In this document: piece after piece, positions 1-9,331 of the stretch
Layout of the letters: each line of letters opens with the position of its first letter
Position numbering within the stretch: position 1 is the stretch's first letter
NCBI GenBank assembly: GCA_963716255.1
Contig: OY970303.1
Location: 480,001 to 544,000, forward strand
From: an uncultured Gemmatimonadales bacterium
Lineage (GTDB): Bacteria > Gemmatimonadota > Gemmatimonadetes > Longimicrobiales > Longimicrobiaceae
Reading direction: 5' to 3'
DNA: 64,000 nucleotides
The notes under the pieces: model-generated
Seen by the model: only the letters and a program-made list of their open reading frames with translations
The model's database searches: none
Told to the model about the DNA's origin: nothing
Made by a program: the position numbers and the translations under genes

Positions 1-1882
1 CCTGCACGCCCTTGGGCCGGCCCGTGGTGCCGGAGGTGTAGACCACGTACGCCAGGTTCGCCGGCCGAACCCCGGTCTCCGGCGCCGCCGCGCTCTCCGC
101 GGCGATCGCGTCCGCGTGCGCGTCCAGCAGCACCACCTCCGCCCCCACCCGCGGCAGGCGGTCCGCCACGCCCGCCTCCGCCACGAGCACGCGCGCCCCC
201 GAGTCCGCCACCATGAACGCCAGGCGGTCCTCCGGGTAGCGCGGGTCCAGCGGCACGTAGGCGCCCCCCGCCCTGAGCACGCCCAGCACCGCCCGGAACA
301 TCTCCGGCCCGCGCTCCACGCACACCCCCACCCGCGTCTCCGGCCCCACCCCCAGCCGGCGCAGGCGGTTCGCCAGGCGGTTCGCCGCCGCGTCCAGCTC
401 CGCGTACGTCACCACCACGCCGCCGAGCGCCACCGCCGGGGCGTCCGGGGTGCGGGCGGCCTGCCGCGCCACCAGCTCGTGCGCGCACTCGTGCACCGGG
501 AAATCGCGGCGGGTGTCGTTCCACTCCTCCAGCACCCGGCGCCGCTCCTCCGGCCCCAGCGGCGACACCGACGAGAGCGGACGCTCCGGGTCCGCCGCGA
601 AGATTTCCAGCAGCGTGCCCAGGTGCTCCGGGACGCGCTCCACGAAGGCGCGGTCGAAGCGCGCCGCGTCGAACATCAGGTTGAGCGCCACCCCGCCCTG
701 CGGCACGAACTCCGGCATCATCCCGTAGCCGGTGCGAACCGCCGCCGCGTTGCGAGCGAACCCGCTCCACTCCGTCCCCGCCGCCCGCGCCCCGCGCGTC
801 CCCACCTCGGGGAGGTTCTGGAACACGTAGACGGTGTCGTACAGCTTTTCCGTGGGCGGGACCTCGCTCCACGCCTGGATCTGCGGCACCGACACCCAGT
901 CGAAGTCGCGCGCCCGCGTCTGCGCGCCCTGCAGCTCGCGCAGCCACGCCGCCACCGGCTGCTCCGGCCGCACCCGCACCCGCACCCGCACCGGGACCGT
1001 GTTGATGAACATCCCCAGCGCCGTCTCCACCCCCGGCAGCGCCGGCGGCCGCCCCGAGACCACCGTCCCGAAGAGCACGTCCGCCTCCCCCGAGTACTGC
1101 GCCAGGAGGAGCGCCCACGCGCCCTGGAGGACCGAGTTCAGCGTCACCCCGTGGGGGCGAAGCGCCTCGCGCGCGCGCGCCACCAGCGCCTCCGGGAGCT
1201 GCGTCTCCAGCACCTCCGGCAGCTCGTCCCCCTCCGCCGCCCTTTCCGGCGCCAGGCGGGTGGGCGCCGCGAAGCCGTCCAGCTGCGCGCTCCAGAACGC
1301 CCGCGCCTCCGCCTCGTCCTGCGCCGCCAGCCACGAGATGAAGTCCTGGTAGCGCCCCGGCCGGTGCAGGTCGGGCTCCCGGTCCTCCGCGAACGCCTCG
1401 TAGCAGGTGTACAGCTCGCGCAGCCCCAGCGCCGCCGACCAGCCGTCCAGCAGCAGGTGGTGGTAGCTCCACACCACCCGGTGCTCCGCGGGGCCCGAGC
1501 GGATGCAGGTGAGCCGCGACAGCGGCGCCGTCCCCAGGTCGAAACCGCGCGCCCGGTCCTCGCGCAGGAGCTCCGCGAAGCGCGCCTCCCGTTCGTCCTC
1601 CGGCACGCCGCTCCAGTCCGGCGTCTCGAACGGGGCCGCGGCCTCCCCGCGCACCACCTGGAGCGGCTGGTCCAGCCCCTCCCAGAAAAAGGTCGTCCTC
1701 AGGATGGGGTGGCGGTCCACCACCCGCTGCCAGGCCCGCTCCAGCACCGCCGCGTCCAGCGCGCCCTCCACCGTCCAGGTCACCTGCTCCGTGTACTCCT
1801 CCAGGTCGGCGATCTGGAGGATCCGCACGAGCATGCTCTGCTGCAGCGGGGACAGCGCGTAGACGCTTTCTACGTTCTCCAT
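1..1882 (-). CDS. NRPS, DCL-type condensation domain plus start of an adenylation domain; truncated by the window edge
   Basis: Not in the ORF track because it has no stop in the window. Manual translation from ATG 1882 gives MENVESVYALSPLQQ..WSYHHLLLDGWS..GMFINTVPVR (C domain, DCL-like N-terminus), then YVPLDPRYP and AYVVYTSGTTGRPKGV (A3). Confidence 0.92.
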   Translation of the reverse strand, partial: MENVESVYALSPLQQSMLVRILQIADLEEYTEQVTWTVEGALDAAVLERAWQRVVDRHPILRTTFFWEGLDQPLQVVRGEAAAPFETPDWSGVPEDEREARFAELLREDRARGFDLGTAPLSRLTCIRSGPAEHRVVWSYHHLLLDGWSAALGLRELYTCYEAFAEDREPDLHRPGRYQDFISWLAAQDEAEARAFWSAQLDGFAAPTRLAPERAAEGDELPEVLETQLPEALVARAREALRPHGVTLNSVLQGAWALLLAQYSGEADVLFGTVVSGRPPALPGVETALGMFINTVPVRVRVRVRPEQPVAAWLRELQGAQTRARDFDWVSVPQIQAWSEVPPTEKLYDTVYVFQNLPEVGTRGARAAGTEWSGFARNAAAVRTGYGMMPEFVPQGGVALNLMFDAARFDRAFVERVPEHLGTLLEIFAADPERPLSSVSPLGPEERRRVLEEWNDTRRDFPVHECAHELVARQAARTPDAPAVALGGVVVTYAELDAAANRLANRLRRLGVGPETRVGVCVERGPEMFRAVLGVLRAGGAYVPLDPRYPEDRLAFMVADSGARVLVAEAGVADRLPRVGAEVVLLDAHADAIAAESAAAPETGVRPANLAYVVYTSGTTGRPKGVQ

Positions 1883-1935
1883 GACTTCTTTATCTATCCG
1901 TCTCGGGGCCTGTTACGGCCTTGAACCGCTGAGTC

Positions 1936-2088
1936 GGGCGTGCCCCCGGCTGCGCCGGGGTCGGGTTTCGGCTCCGTAACGCAGCAAACAACGCTGCGTA
2001 ACGGAGTCGAGCCCCGCAAACTGCGCGGGTCTCGCCCCTTCGGGCCGAAATCCCTCACGCGGCATCGCACTGGCGTCCGCGGGAGGCC
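1936..2088 (+). repeat. Structured intergenic repeat family A, copy 1
   Basis: Aligns by eye with 31808-31965 (+) and 33215-33371 (-); multiple hairpins. Confidence 0.9.
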
Positions 2089-2314
2089 CGCCGCCACGGC
2101 TCCGCATGCGATTCGTGGCGTGTTCTGCTCCCCCTGCAAACCGCGTGCGTGGCCGGGGACACGCCCGTCGCCCCGCTCATGGCAAAGAGGGGGCCCGCAC
2201 CGCGAACGACACCACCGTCGCAAAGGAGGCGAGCCCCGCCGGCGCCTCCGAACCGAGGTGCCGCGGGGTCTCGCCGCTTCGCTCTCGCATCCCCCCACCC
2301 CGGCGCTGCGCGCC

Positions 2315-2425
2315 ACCCCTCCCCCGCAAGCGAGGGAGGGGACGACTGCACGGAGTCCCGCAGTTGCCCCCTCTCCCAGAATTTGGGAGAGGGTGGCGAG
2401 CCTCAAGCGAGCCGGGTGAGGGCCG
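2315..2425. repeat. REP-like palindromes (CCCTCTCCC-N-GGGAGAGGG and GGCGAGCCTCAAGCGAGCCGGG types)
   Basis: The same units recur near 12595-12650, 31960-32160 and 33155-33220. Confidence 0.75.
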
Positions 2426-2464
2426 CCGTTGCCGGCTGTTCCCTAATTCCCTTTTCCCTGCCGT

Positions 2465-5400
2465 TCAGCCTCCCTGGTCCGCCCGGCGGATCAGCATGGC
2501 CAGCTGGCCCAGCGCCGCCGCGTCCAGGCCGGCGAGCGGGAAGTCCTCCGGCGTGAAGCCCTCCGGCTCCACGGTGCGCGAGCGCTCCGCGAGCGCCCGC
2601 AGCGCCGCCGTGAACCGGTCCGCCAGCGCCCGGATCGTGGCCTCGTCGTGGGTCTCGGGCGAGTACGTCCAGGTCAGGCTCACCCCGTCGGGACCGCGCA
2701 CCGCGTCCACCTCGATCGCGTAGGCCCGCGGAGCGTCGCCGCCACGGACGGCGAACGGCGCGCCCCCGGCGATCTCCCACGGAGCCCAGGCCGCCGCCTC
2801 CGACAGGTCCGCGTAGCGGAAGGCGACCTCCGCCCGCGGCGCGGCGCGCAGCTCCTCGCCGACCTCGCCGGAGTCCAGGTGCAGCAGCACCCCGTACGAA
2901 GCGGCGTGGCCGGACAGGTGGCGCACCCGCTGCTTGGCGGCCTTGAGCACGGCCACCGGGTCGGCGTCCACGTCCACCTGCACCGGGACCGCCTGCTCCA
3001 TGCGGCCCACGGTGCGCGAGTAGTCCGCGTCCCCGGCGTCGCCGGCGCGGGGGTTGCGCGCCACGTCCACCAGCGGCGAGCGCACGCCGGTCCACCCGGC
3101 CAGCGCCGCCGCGAGCGCCGAGAGCAGCACCTCGTCCGGCTCCGCGCGGCGGGCGCGCGGCAGCTCGTCCGTGGCCTCCCGGACCAGCTCCGGGTCCAGC
3201 TCGACCGCGACCGTGCGCGCCGTTCCCTCCGTGCCGGTCCCCGCGTGGTCCGCCGGGAGCGGGGCCGACTCGTAGGGGAGCTCCCCGGCCCAGAAGTCCG
3301 CCTCCCGGGCCAGCGCCTCCGTGCCGGCCTGCGCCGCCATCCCCTCCGCCCACGCCTTGAAGGCCGTGGTCTTCGCCTCCAGCTGCGCCTCCTGCCCGCG
3401 CGACAGCTGCCCGTAGGCGGCCGCCAGGTCCTCCAGCAGCAGCGGCCAGGAGGCCGCGTCCACCACCAGCGGGTGCGCCACCAGCAGCAGGAGCTGCGGC
3501 GCGTCCGGCCCGGGGGTGAAGAGCGTGGCGTGCACCAGCGGGCCCACCGCCAGCTCCAGCCCCGCCGCCAGCCGCTCCGCCTCGCGGCGGGCGGTCTCCA
3601 CCCGCTCCGTCGCCGGCACGTCCGCCACCGGGACCTCCGCGAAGGGCATGTCCTCGCCCGCGGTGGCGCTCACCTGCTTCCACGCCTCGTCCTCGCGGGT
3701 GAACTGCAGCCGGAGCGCGTCGTGGTGCGCCACCAGTTCCCGCACCGCCCGGCCCAGGTGCCCGCCGTCCAGCGGCCGGCGGGCCTCCAGGAGCACCGCC
3801 TCGGCGGCGTAGCCCTGCCCGCCGGTGCGCTCCAGCATCCAGCGCTGCGCCGGGGCCAGCGGCACCTCGCCGAAGGTCACGCCGTGCTCCGCCTCCGCGG
3901 CCATGACCTCGCTGATCATCGCCGCCATCTCGGCGATGGTCTCGTACTGGAAGAACTGCTGCGGCGTCAGGTGCAGGCCGGCCTGCTTGCCGCGGGCCAT
4001 GATCTGGATCGCCTGCACCGAGTCGCCGCCCAGCTCGAAGAAGTTGTCGTTGACGCCCACCTCCTCCACCCCCAGGACCGCGCCCCACACCTCCGCGATG
4101 CGGCGCTCGATCTCGGTGCGGGGCGCCACGTACTCGGAGGCCAGCTCCGGGCGGTTGCTCCGCGGCCCGGACGCGTCCCCCGCGCCGCCCGCGTCCAGCA
4201 GCTTCTCGCCCACCTGCGCGTCGCCCTGCGCGATGGCCGCGTGCAGGTCGTTGGGCGACACCACCACCTGCGGCTCCAGCCGCGCCGCCAGGATCCGCGC
4301 GAAGGCGTCCACCCCCTCCTGCGGCCGGATCCCGTCGCCCGAGCCCGTGTCGCGCGACTCCCCGGCGTCCGCAGCGGCGGCGGCGTCGGCCATGCCGCGG
4401 ATCTCCGCGCCCGGGTCGTTGATGCGCTTCTGCGTGAACTTCTCCACCCGCAGGAGGGTCTCGCCCTCCTCGTTCATGATGTTGAAGTCGAAGGCGATGG
4501 TCTCCTGGTCCGCGCCCTCCTCGTCCGCCAGGTAGCGGCCGTGGGCGAAGAGCCGGCCCTCCATCTGGCGGTCCAGCGGGATCCCGCGGTACAGCATGGG
4601 CAGGTAGTAGAACTCCGGGGCCAGCCGGGCCTTGGTGATCCCGGCGGCGCGGTCCAGGATGGCGGGGTGGAAGCCCCACTTCTCCCAGTCGGCGCGGAAG
4701 GCCTCCGGCAGCTCCATCTCGATCACCAGCTCATTGGTGCCCAGGTGGATGCGGTGCACGCTCTGCCAGCGCGGTCCGAAGTCGTCCTCCCGCTCCTCCA
4801 GGGCGATGGAGGTCTGCTCCGGGCACCGCGCCAGGACGGCGGCCAGGTCGCTGCGCTCCGCGGGACGCCGGTCCTCCACCGCCACCCGGCCCAGCGCGTG
4901 CTTGCGCATGCGGCCGGCGGGGTTGTTCCCGTCCCAGCTCCAGATGGTGAAGGAGAATTCGTCGGGCCCCTCCTCGCGCAGCTCCAGCCGCGCCTCGCGG
5001 ACCTCGGTGTCCTCCAGGCGCATGGGCTCCACGAAGTAGCACTCGCGGATGGCCACGGCGCGGTCGCCGGCGTCCTCCGCCACGGCGGCGCGCAGCATCT
5101 CGAAGTACGCCACCCCCGGCATCACCGCGTTGCCGATGATGCGGTGCTCGTTCACCGGCCACTGCTTCCACACCGCGAAGTCGGTGGCGAACACCTTCCG
5201 GCCCGGCTCCTCCAGGATCAGGCGCTCCAGCAGCGGGTGGTCGTAGGTGCGCACGACGGCGGTGCCGTCTCCGCCGGCCACGGCCCCGCGGAACTCCGCC
5301 GCCATCCCCACCTCTTCCCAGCCGCCCCAGTTCACGGACACGGTGTAGGTGCCGGTGGCATTGCGGTGCCAGCGCGCGAAGGCGTCCAGGAAGGCGTTTG

Positions 5401-8400
5401 CCGCGGTGTAGTCCACCTGCCCGAAGCGCCCCATCACCGCGGTGCGCGAGGAGCACAGGAGCATGAAATCCAGCGGCCGGCCGGCGAACAGCCGCTCCAG
5501 CACGCGGGTGCCGCGCACCTTGGCGGCGAGCACGTCGGCCACCTGCCGGGGAGCCTTCATCTGGATCATCCCGCCCGAGGGGACGCCCGCGGCGTGCACC
5601 ACCCCGGCGATCTCCCCGAAGCGGGCCCGCGCCGCCTCCACCAGCGCCTCCATCGCGGCTTCGTCGGCTACGTCCGCGTTGCCCACCATGACCTCCGCGC
5701 CCAGCGCCTCCAGGGCGCGCAGCGAGCGGATCCGGCGGCTGGTGGCGTCCGTGGCCTCGTGCGCGTCCAGCCACGCGTCCCACGCGCCCGCCTCCGGGAA
5801 CTCCGAGCGGCCCGTCAGCACCAGCCTGGCCCGGACGGTCCGCGCCAGGTACTCGGCCACCTGCAGCCCGATCCCGCCGAGCCCGCCGGTGACCAGGTAG
5901 GCGCCGCCCTCGCGAAGCACCGGGACCGTGTCCGGGGCCTGCGGCAGCTTCACCGGCTCGTAGTCCTGCACCCAGCGGTGGCCGGCGCGCAGCGCCACCA
6001 CCGTCTCGCTCCCGCCCGCGGCCTCGGCCAGCAGCTGCTCCGCCAGCCGCTCCTCCTGCCAGCTCCCGGGCGCGGGAAGCGACACGTCCACGCTGCGGCA
6101 GGACAGGTGCGGGTACTCGCGCGGGATGGTCCTCACCGGCCCCATCACCGTGGCCTGCTCAGGGTCGGTCAGGTCGCCGCCGGCCACCTCCTGCATCCCC
6201 GCCGTCACCACGGTCACGTCCACCGGCTCGGCGGCGGTCCGCTCGCCCAGCGCCTGCGCCAGGAAGAGGAGGGAGAAGAGGCCGCGGTCCTGGACCTCGC
6301 CGGGGCCGCCGGCGGCGCTCCACAGGTGGACGATGCGCCGCGGGAAGCGGCCGGTGCCCGCCAGGCGCGCCAGCAGCGCGGTGTAGTCCTCGCGGCGGCG
6401 CGGGTCGATCTCGTAGCTCGCCCCTCCCAGCTCGCGGAAGCCCGCCCCGGCGCGCACCGTCACCACGCCGCGCCCCGCCTTTTCCAGCGAGGCCGCCAGG
6501 CGCGCGGACACCCCGCCCTCCCCGGCGAAGAGCAGCCAGCTCCCGTCCGTGGCGGCCTCCGCGGCCGCCGGCCGGAGCGTGGCCTCCTTCCACACGGGCA
6601 CCCAGAACCAGTCGCCCACGTCCTGCTTCTTGGCCAGCGACTTGGCGGCCGTGCGCCGGCCGCCGCCCTGCATGTCCACCCAGAAGCGGCGGCGCTGGAA
6701 CGGGTAGGTGGGAAGGGGGACGCGGCGGCGGCGCTCGCCGCCGTGCACGGCCTTCCAGTCGATCTCCAGCCCCGCCAGCCACAGCTGCCCCACGGTGTTC
6801 AGCAGGAACTCCCGGTCGTCGCCGCGCTCCTTGGCGTGCGGCAGCGACGCGTGCATCACCTGCCCGGGAAGCTTGCTGGGGTGCCAGCGCACCACCGAGC
6901 GCAGCGTCCGGCCGGGACCCACCTCCAGCAGGGCGGCGCCCGGGTCGGCGATCAGCTCGCTGACGCCCTGGTGGAAGCGCACCGTCTGGCGGATGTGGCG
7001 CACCCAGTACTCCGGGTCGACCGCGTCCTCCTCGGTGATCCAGGTGCCCGTGACGTTGGACAGGTAGGGGATCTCCGGGGCGTTCAGCTTCACCCGGTGC
7101 ACCGCGGCGCGGAAGGCGTCCAGCATCGGGTCCATCATCGCCGAGTGGAAGGCGTGCGACGTGTGCAGCGGCCGCCCCACCTCGCCCATCTCGTCCAGCC
7201 TGCGGTTGAAGGCGATCACCGCCTCGCGCGGGCCGCTGACCACGCACAGCTCGTCGCCGTTGACGGCGGCCAGCGACAGCTCCGGCGGGAGCATCTCGGC
7301 GACCCTGCGCTCGGAGAGCGGCACGCCCAGCATGTCGCCCTCCGGCACGGCCTGGATCAGCCGGCCGCGCGCGACGACGAGCCGGAGCGCGTCCTCCACC
7401 GACAGCACGCCGGCGAGAGCCGCGGCCACGTACTCGCCGATGCTGTGCCCGATCATGCTGTCCGGCTTCAACCCCCAGCTCATCCACAGCTTCGCCAGCG
7501 CGTACTCCACGATGAACAGCGCCGGCTGCGTGGCGCTGGTCCGGTTCAGCGCGGCGGCGGCCTCGGCGTCGCCGGTGTCGGCCAGGAGGAGCGCCCGCAG
7601 GTCGAAGTCCACCAGCGGGCGGACGATCTCCAGGCAGCGGTCCACCTCGGCGCGGTACACGGGCTCGCTCTCGTACAGCCCGGAGCCCATCCCCGGGTAC
7701 TGCGCCCCCTGCCCCGGGAACATGAAGGTGAGCGGGCGGCGCACCGGGGGCTGCCCGCGCGTGACGACGCGGTCCGGCGTCAGCGCCTCCAGCAGCGCGA
7801 CGGCGTCCTCGCGGTCGCGGCACACCAGCATGCGCCGGTGCTCGAAGGCGCCGCGCCCCACCTGGAGGGTGAAGGCGACGTCGGCGACGTCCTGCTCCGG
7901 GTGCTCGCGCAGGTGCCGGAGCAGGTTGTCCGTCGCGGCCTCCATCGCCGCCGGGGTGTGGCCGGAAAGCACCAGGAGTTGGTGCCCGCGCGAGGGGCCG
8001 GTCTCCTCGGTGGCCGGCGCCTCCTCCAGCACCAGGTGCGCGTTGGTGCCGCCCATCCCGAACGAGGACACGCCCGCGCGCCGCGGCGCCCCGTCCGACT
8101 CCCAGGGCTGGAGCCGCGAGGCCACGTAGAACGGCGTGCTGGCGAAGTCGATGCGCGGGTTCGGCTTCTCGAAGTGCAGCGAGGGCGGGATCTCGCGGTG
8201 CTTGAGCGCCTGCACCGTCTTGATCAGCCCGGCCACCCCCGCCGCGGCGTCCAGGTGGCCGATGTTGCTCTTCACCGAGCCGATGGCGCAGAAGCCCGTG
8301 CGGTCCGTGTCGCGGCGGAAGGCGCGGGTGAGCGCCTGGATCTCGATGGGGTCGCCGATGGCGGTGCCGGTGCCGTGCGCCTCCACGTAGGTCACCGTTT

Positions 8401-9304
8401 CCGGCGCAACGTCCGCGAACACCTGCGCGGTGCTGATGACCTCCGCCTGGCTTTCCACGCCCGGCGCCGTGTAGCCCACCTTGACCGAGCCGTCGTTGTT
8501 GAGCGCCCAGCCTCGGATGACCGCGTGCACGGTGTCGCCGTCGGCGAGGGCGTCCTCCAGGCGCTTGAGCACCACCACGCCCGCGCCGTTGCCGCCCAGC
8601 GTCCCGCCCGCGTCCGCGTCGAAGGGGCGGCAGCGCCCGTCCGGCGAGCCGATCCCCCCCTCGTGGTGCAGGTAGCCCGTCTTCTGCGGGACGAACACGT
8701 TGGCGCCGCCGGCCAGCGCCATGTCGCACTGGTAGCTCATCAGCGACTGGCAGGCGAGCGCGGTGGCCACCAGCGAGGTGGAGCACGCCGTCTGCACGGT
8801 GACGCAGGGGCCGCGCAGGTTCAGCTTGTACGCCACCCGGGTGGTGAGGTGGTCGTTCTTGTTGTGGATCAGCGCCTGGAAGGTGTCGATGGTCCCCGTC
8901 ATCTCCCCCGCCGAGGCCAGGTTGAACAGCATGTAGCTGTTCGCCCCCGCCCCGGCGAAGACGCCGATGGCCCCCTCGTACCTGCGCGGGTCGTAGCCGG
9001 CCGTTTCCAGCGCCTCCCACGCGACCTCCATGAACAGCCGCTGCTGCGGGTCCGTGAGGGTGGCCTCGCGCGGCGTCACGTCGAAGAACGCGGCGTCGAA
9101 GCCCTCCACGTCGTCCAGGACGCCGCGCGCCGCGACGTAGGCGGGGTCCGCCAGCTCCGCGGGGTCGATTGCCACCCGGTCCAGCTCCTCCTCCGCGAAG
9201 TGGGTGATCGACTCCACCCCGTCGCGCAGGTTGGTCCAGAACGCCTCGACGTCCTTTGCCCCCGGGAAGCGCCCGGACAATCCTACAATGGCGATGCTGT
9301 CCAT
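2465..9304 (-). CDS. Type I PKS module KS-AT-KR(DH inserted)-ACP with a C-terminal degenerate epimerisation-like domain and COM-like tail
   Basis: KS: QTACSTS, EAHGTGT, NIGHLD. AT: GHSIG and HAFH (malonyl-type). KR: TGGLGGIG, QVDYTAAN. DH: EHRIIGNAVMPG, HPAILD. ACP: LGGDS. E-like: VPLAPAQRW, HPLVVD, SRTVG. Tail: FTPEDFPLAGL. Confidence 0.93.
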   Translation of the reverse strand: MDSIAIVGLSGRFPGAKDVEAFWTNLRDGVESITHFAEEELDRVAIDPAELADPAYVAARGVLDDVEGFDAAFFDVTPREATLTDPQQRLFMEVAWEALETAGYDPRRYEGAIGVFAGAGANSYMLFNLASAGEMTGTIDTFQALIHNKNDHLTTRVAYKLNLRGPCVTVQTACSTSLVATALACQSLMSYQCDMALAGGANVFVPQKTGYLHHEGGIGSPDGRCRPFDADAGGTLGGNGAGVVVLKRLEDALADGDTVHAVIRGWALNNDGSVKVGYTAPGVESQAEVISTAQVFADVAPETVTYVEAHGTGTAIGDPIEIQALTRAFRRDTDRTGFCAIGSVKSNIGHLDAAAGVAGLIKTVQALKHREIPPSLHFEKPNPRIDFASTPFYVASRLQPWESDGAPRRAGVSSFGMGGTNAHLVLEEAPATEETGPSRGHQLLVLSGHTPAAMEAATDNLLRHLREHPEQDVADVAFTLQVGRGAFEHRRMLVCRDREDAVALLEALTPDRVVTRGQPPVRRPLTFMFPGQGAQYPGMGSGLYESEPVYRAEVDRCLEIVRPLVDFDLRALLLADTGDAEAAAALNRTSATQPALFIVEYALAKLWMSWGLKPDSMIGHSIGEYVAAALAGVLSVEDALRLVVARGRLIQAVPEGDMLGVPLSERRVAEMLPPELSLAAVNGDELCVVSGPREAVIAFNRRLDEMGEVGRPLHTSHAFHSAMMDPMLDAFRAAVHRVKLNAPEIPYLSNVTGTWITEEDAVDPEYWVRHIRQTVRFHQGVSELIADPGAALLEVGPGRTLRSVVRWHPSKLPGQVMHASLPHAKERGDDREFLLNTVGQLWLAGLEIDWKAVHGGERRRRVPLPTYPFQRRRFWVDMQGGGRRTAAKSLAKKQDVGDWFWVPVWKEATLRPAAAEAATDGSWLLFAGEGGVSARLAASLEKAGRGVVTVRAGAGFRELGGASYEIDPRRREDYTALLARLAGTGRFPRRIVHLWSAAGGPGEVQDRGLFSLLFLAQALGERTAAEPVDVTVVTAGMQEVAGGDLTDPEQATVMGPVRTIPREYPHLSCRSVDVSLPAPGSWQEERLAEQLLAEAAGGSETVVALRAGHRWVQDYEPVKLPQAPDTVPVLREGGAYLVTGGLGGIGLQVAEYLARTVRARLVLTGRSEFPEAGAWDAWLDAHEATDATSRRIRSLRALEALGAEVMVGNADVADEAAMEALVEAARARFGEIAGVVHAAGVPSGGMIQMKAPRQVADVLAAKVRGTRVLERLFAGRPLDFMLLCSSRTAVMGRFGQVDYTAANAFLDAFARWHRNATGTYTVSVNWGGWEEVGMAAEFRGAVAGGDGTAVVRTYDHPLLERLILEEPGRKVFATDFAVWKQWPVNEHRIIGNAVMPGVAYFEMLRAAVAEDAGDRAVAIRECYFVEPMRLEDTEVREARLELREEGPDEFSFTIWSWDGNNPAGRMRKHALGRVAVEDRRPAERSDLAAVLARCPEQTSIALEEREDDFGPRWQSVHRIHLGTNELVIEMELPEAFRADWEKWGFHPAILDRAAGITKARLAPEFYYLPMLYRGIPLDRQMEGRLFAHGRYLADEEGADQETIAFDFNIMNEEGETLLRVEKFTQKRINDPGAEIRGMADAAAAADAGESRDTGSGDGIRPQEGVDAFARILAARLEPQVVVSPNDLHAAIAQGDAQVGEKLLDAGGAGDASGPRSNRPELASEYVAPRTEIERRIAEVWGAVLGVEEVGVNDNFFELGGDSVQAIQIMARGKQAGLHLTPQQFFQYETIAEMAAMISEVMAAEAEHGVTFGEVPLAPAQRWMLERTGGQGYAAEAVLLEARRPLDGGHLGRAVRELVAHHDALRLQFTREDEAWKQVSATAGEDMPFAEVPVADVPATERVETARREAERLAAGLELAVGPLVHATLFTPGPDAPQLLLLVAHPLVVDAASWPLLLEDLAAAYGQLSRGQEAQLEAKTTAFKAWAEGMAAQAGTEALAREADFWAGELPYESAPLPADHAGTGTEGTARTVAVELDPELVREATDELPRARRAEPDEVLLSALAAALAGWTGVRSPLVDVARNPRAGDAGDADYSRTVGRMEQAVPVQVDVDADPVAVLKAAKQRVRHLSGHAASYGVLLHLDSGEVGEELRAAPRAEVAFRYADLSEAAAWAPWEIAGGAPFAVRGGDAPRAYAIEVDAVRGPDGVSLTWTYSPETHDEATIRALADRFTAALRALAERSRTVEPEGFTPEDFPLAGLDAAALGQLAMLIRRADQGG

Positions 9305-9331
9305 CAGACCTCGTCTCCAGGTGGTATTGGG

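Noticed and set aside
970..993. (CGCACC)x4 giving VRVRVRVR in the C domain
   Set aside because: In-frame micro-expansion with no evidence of phase variation.
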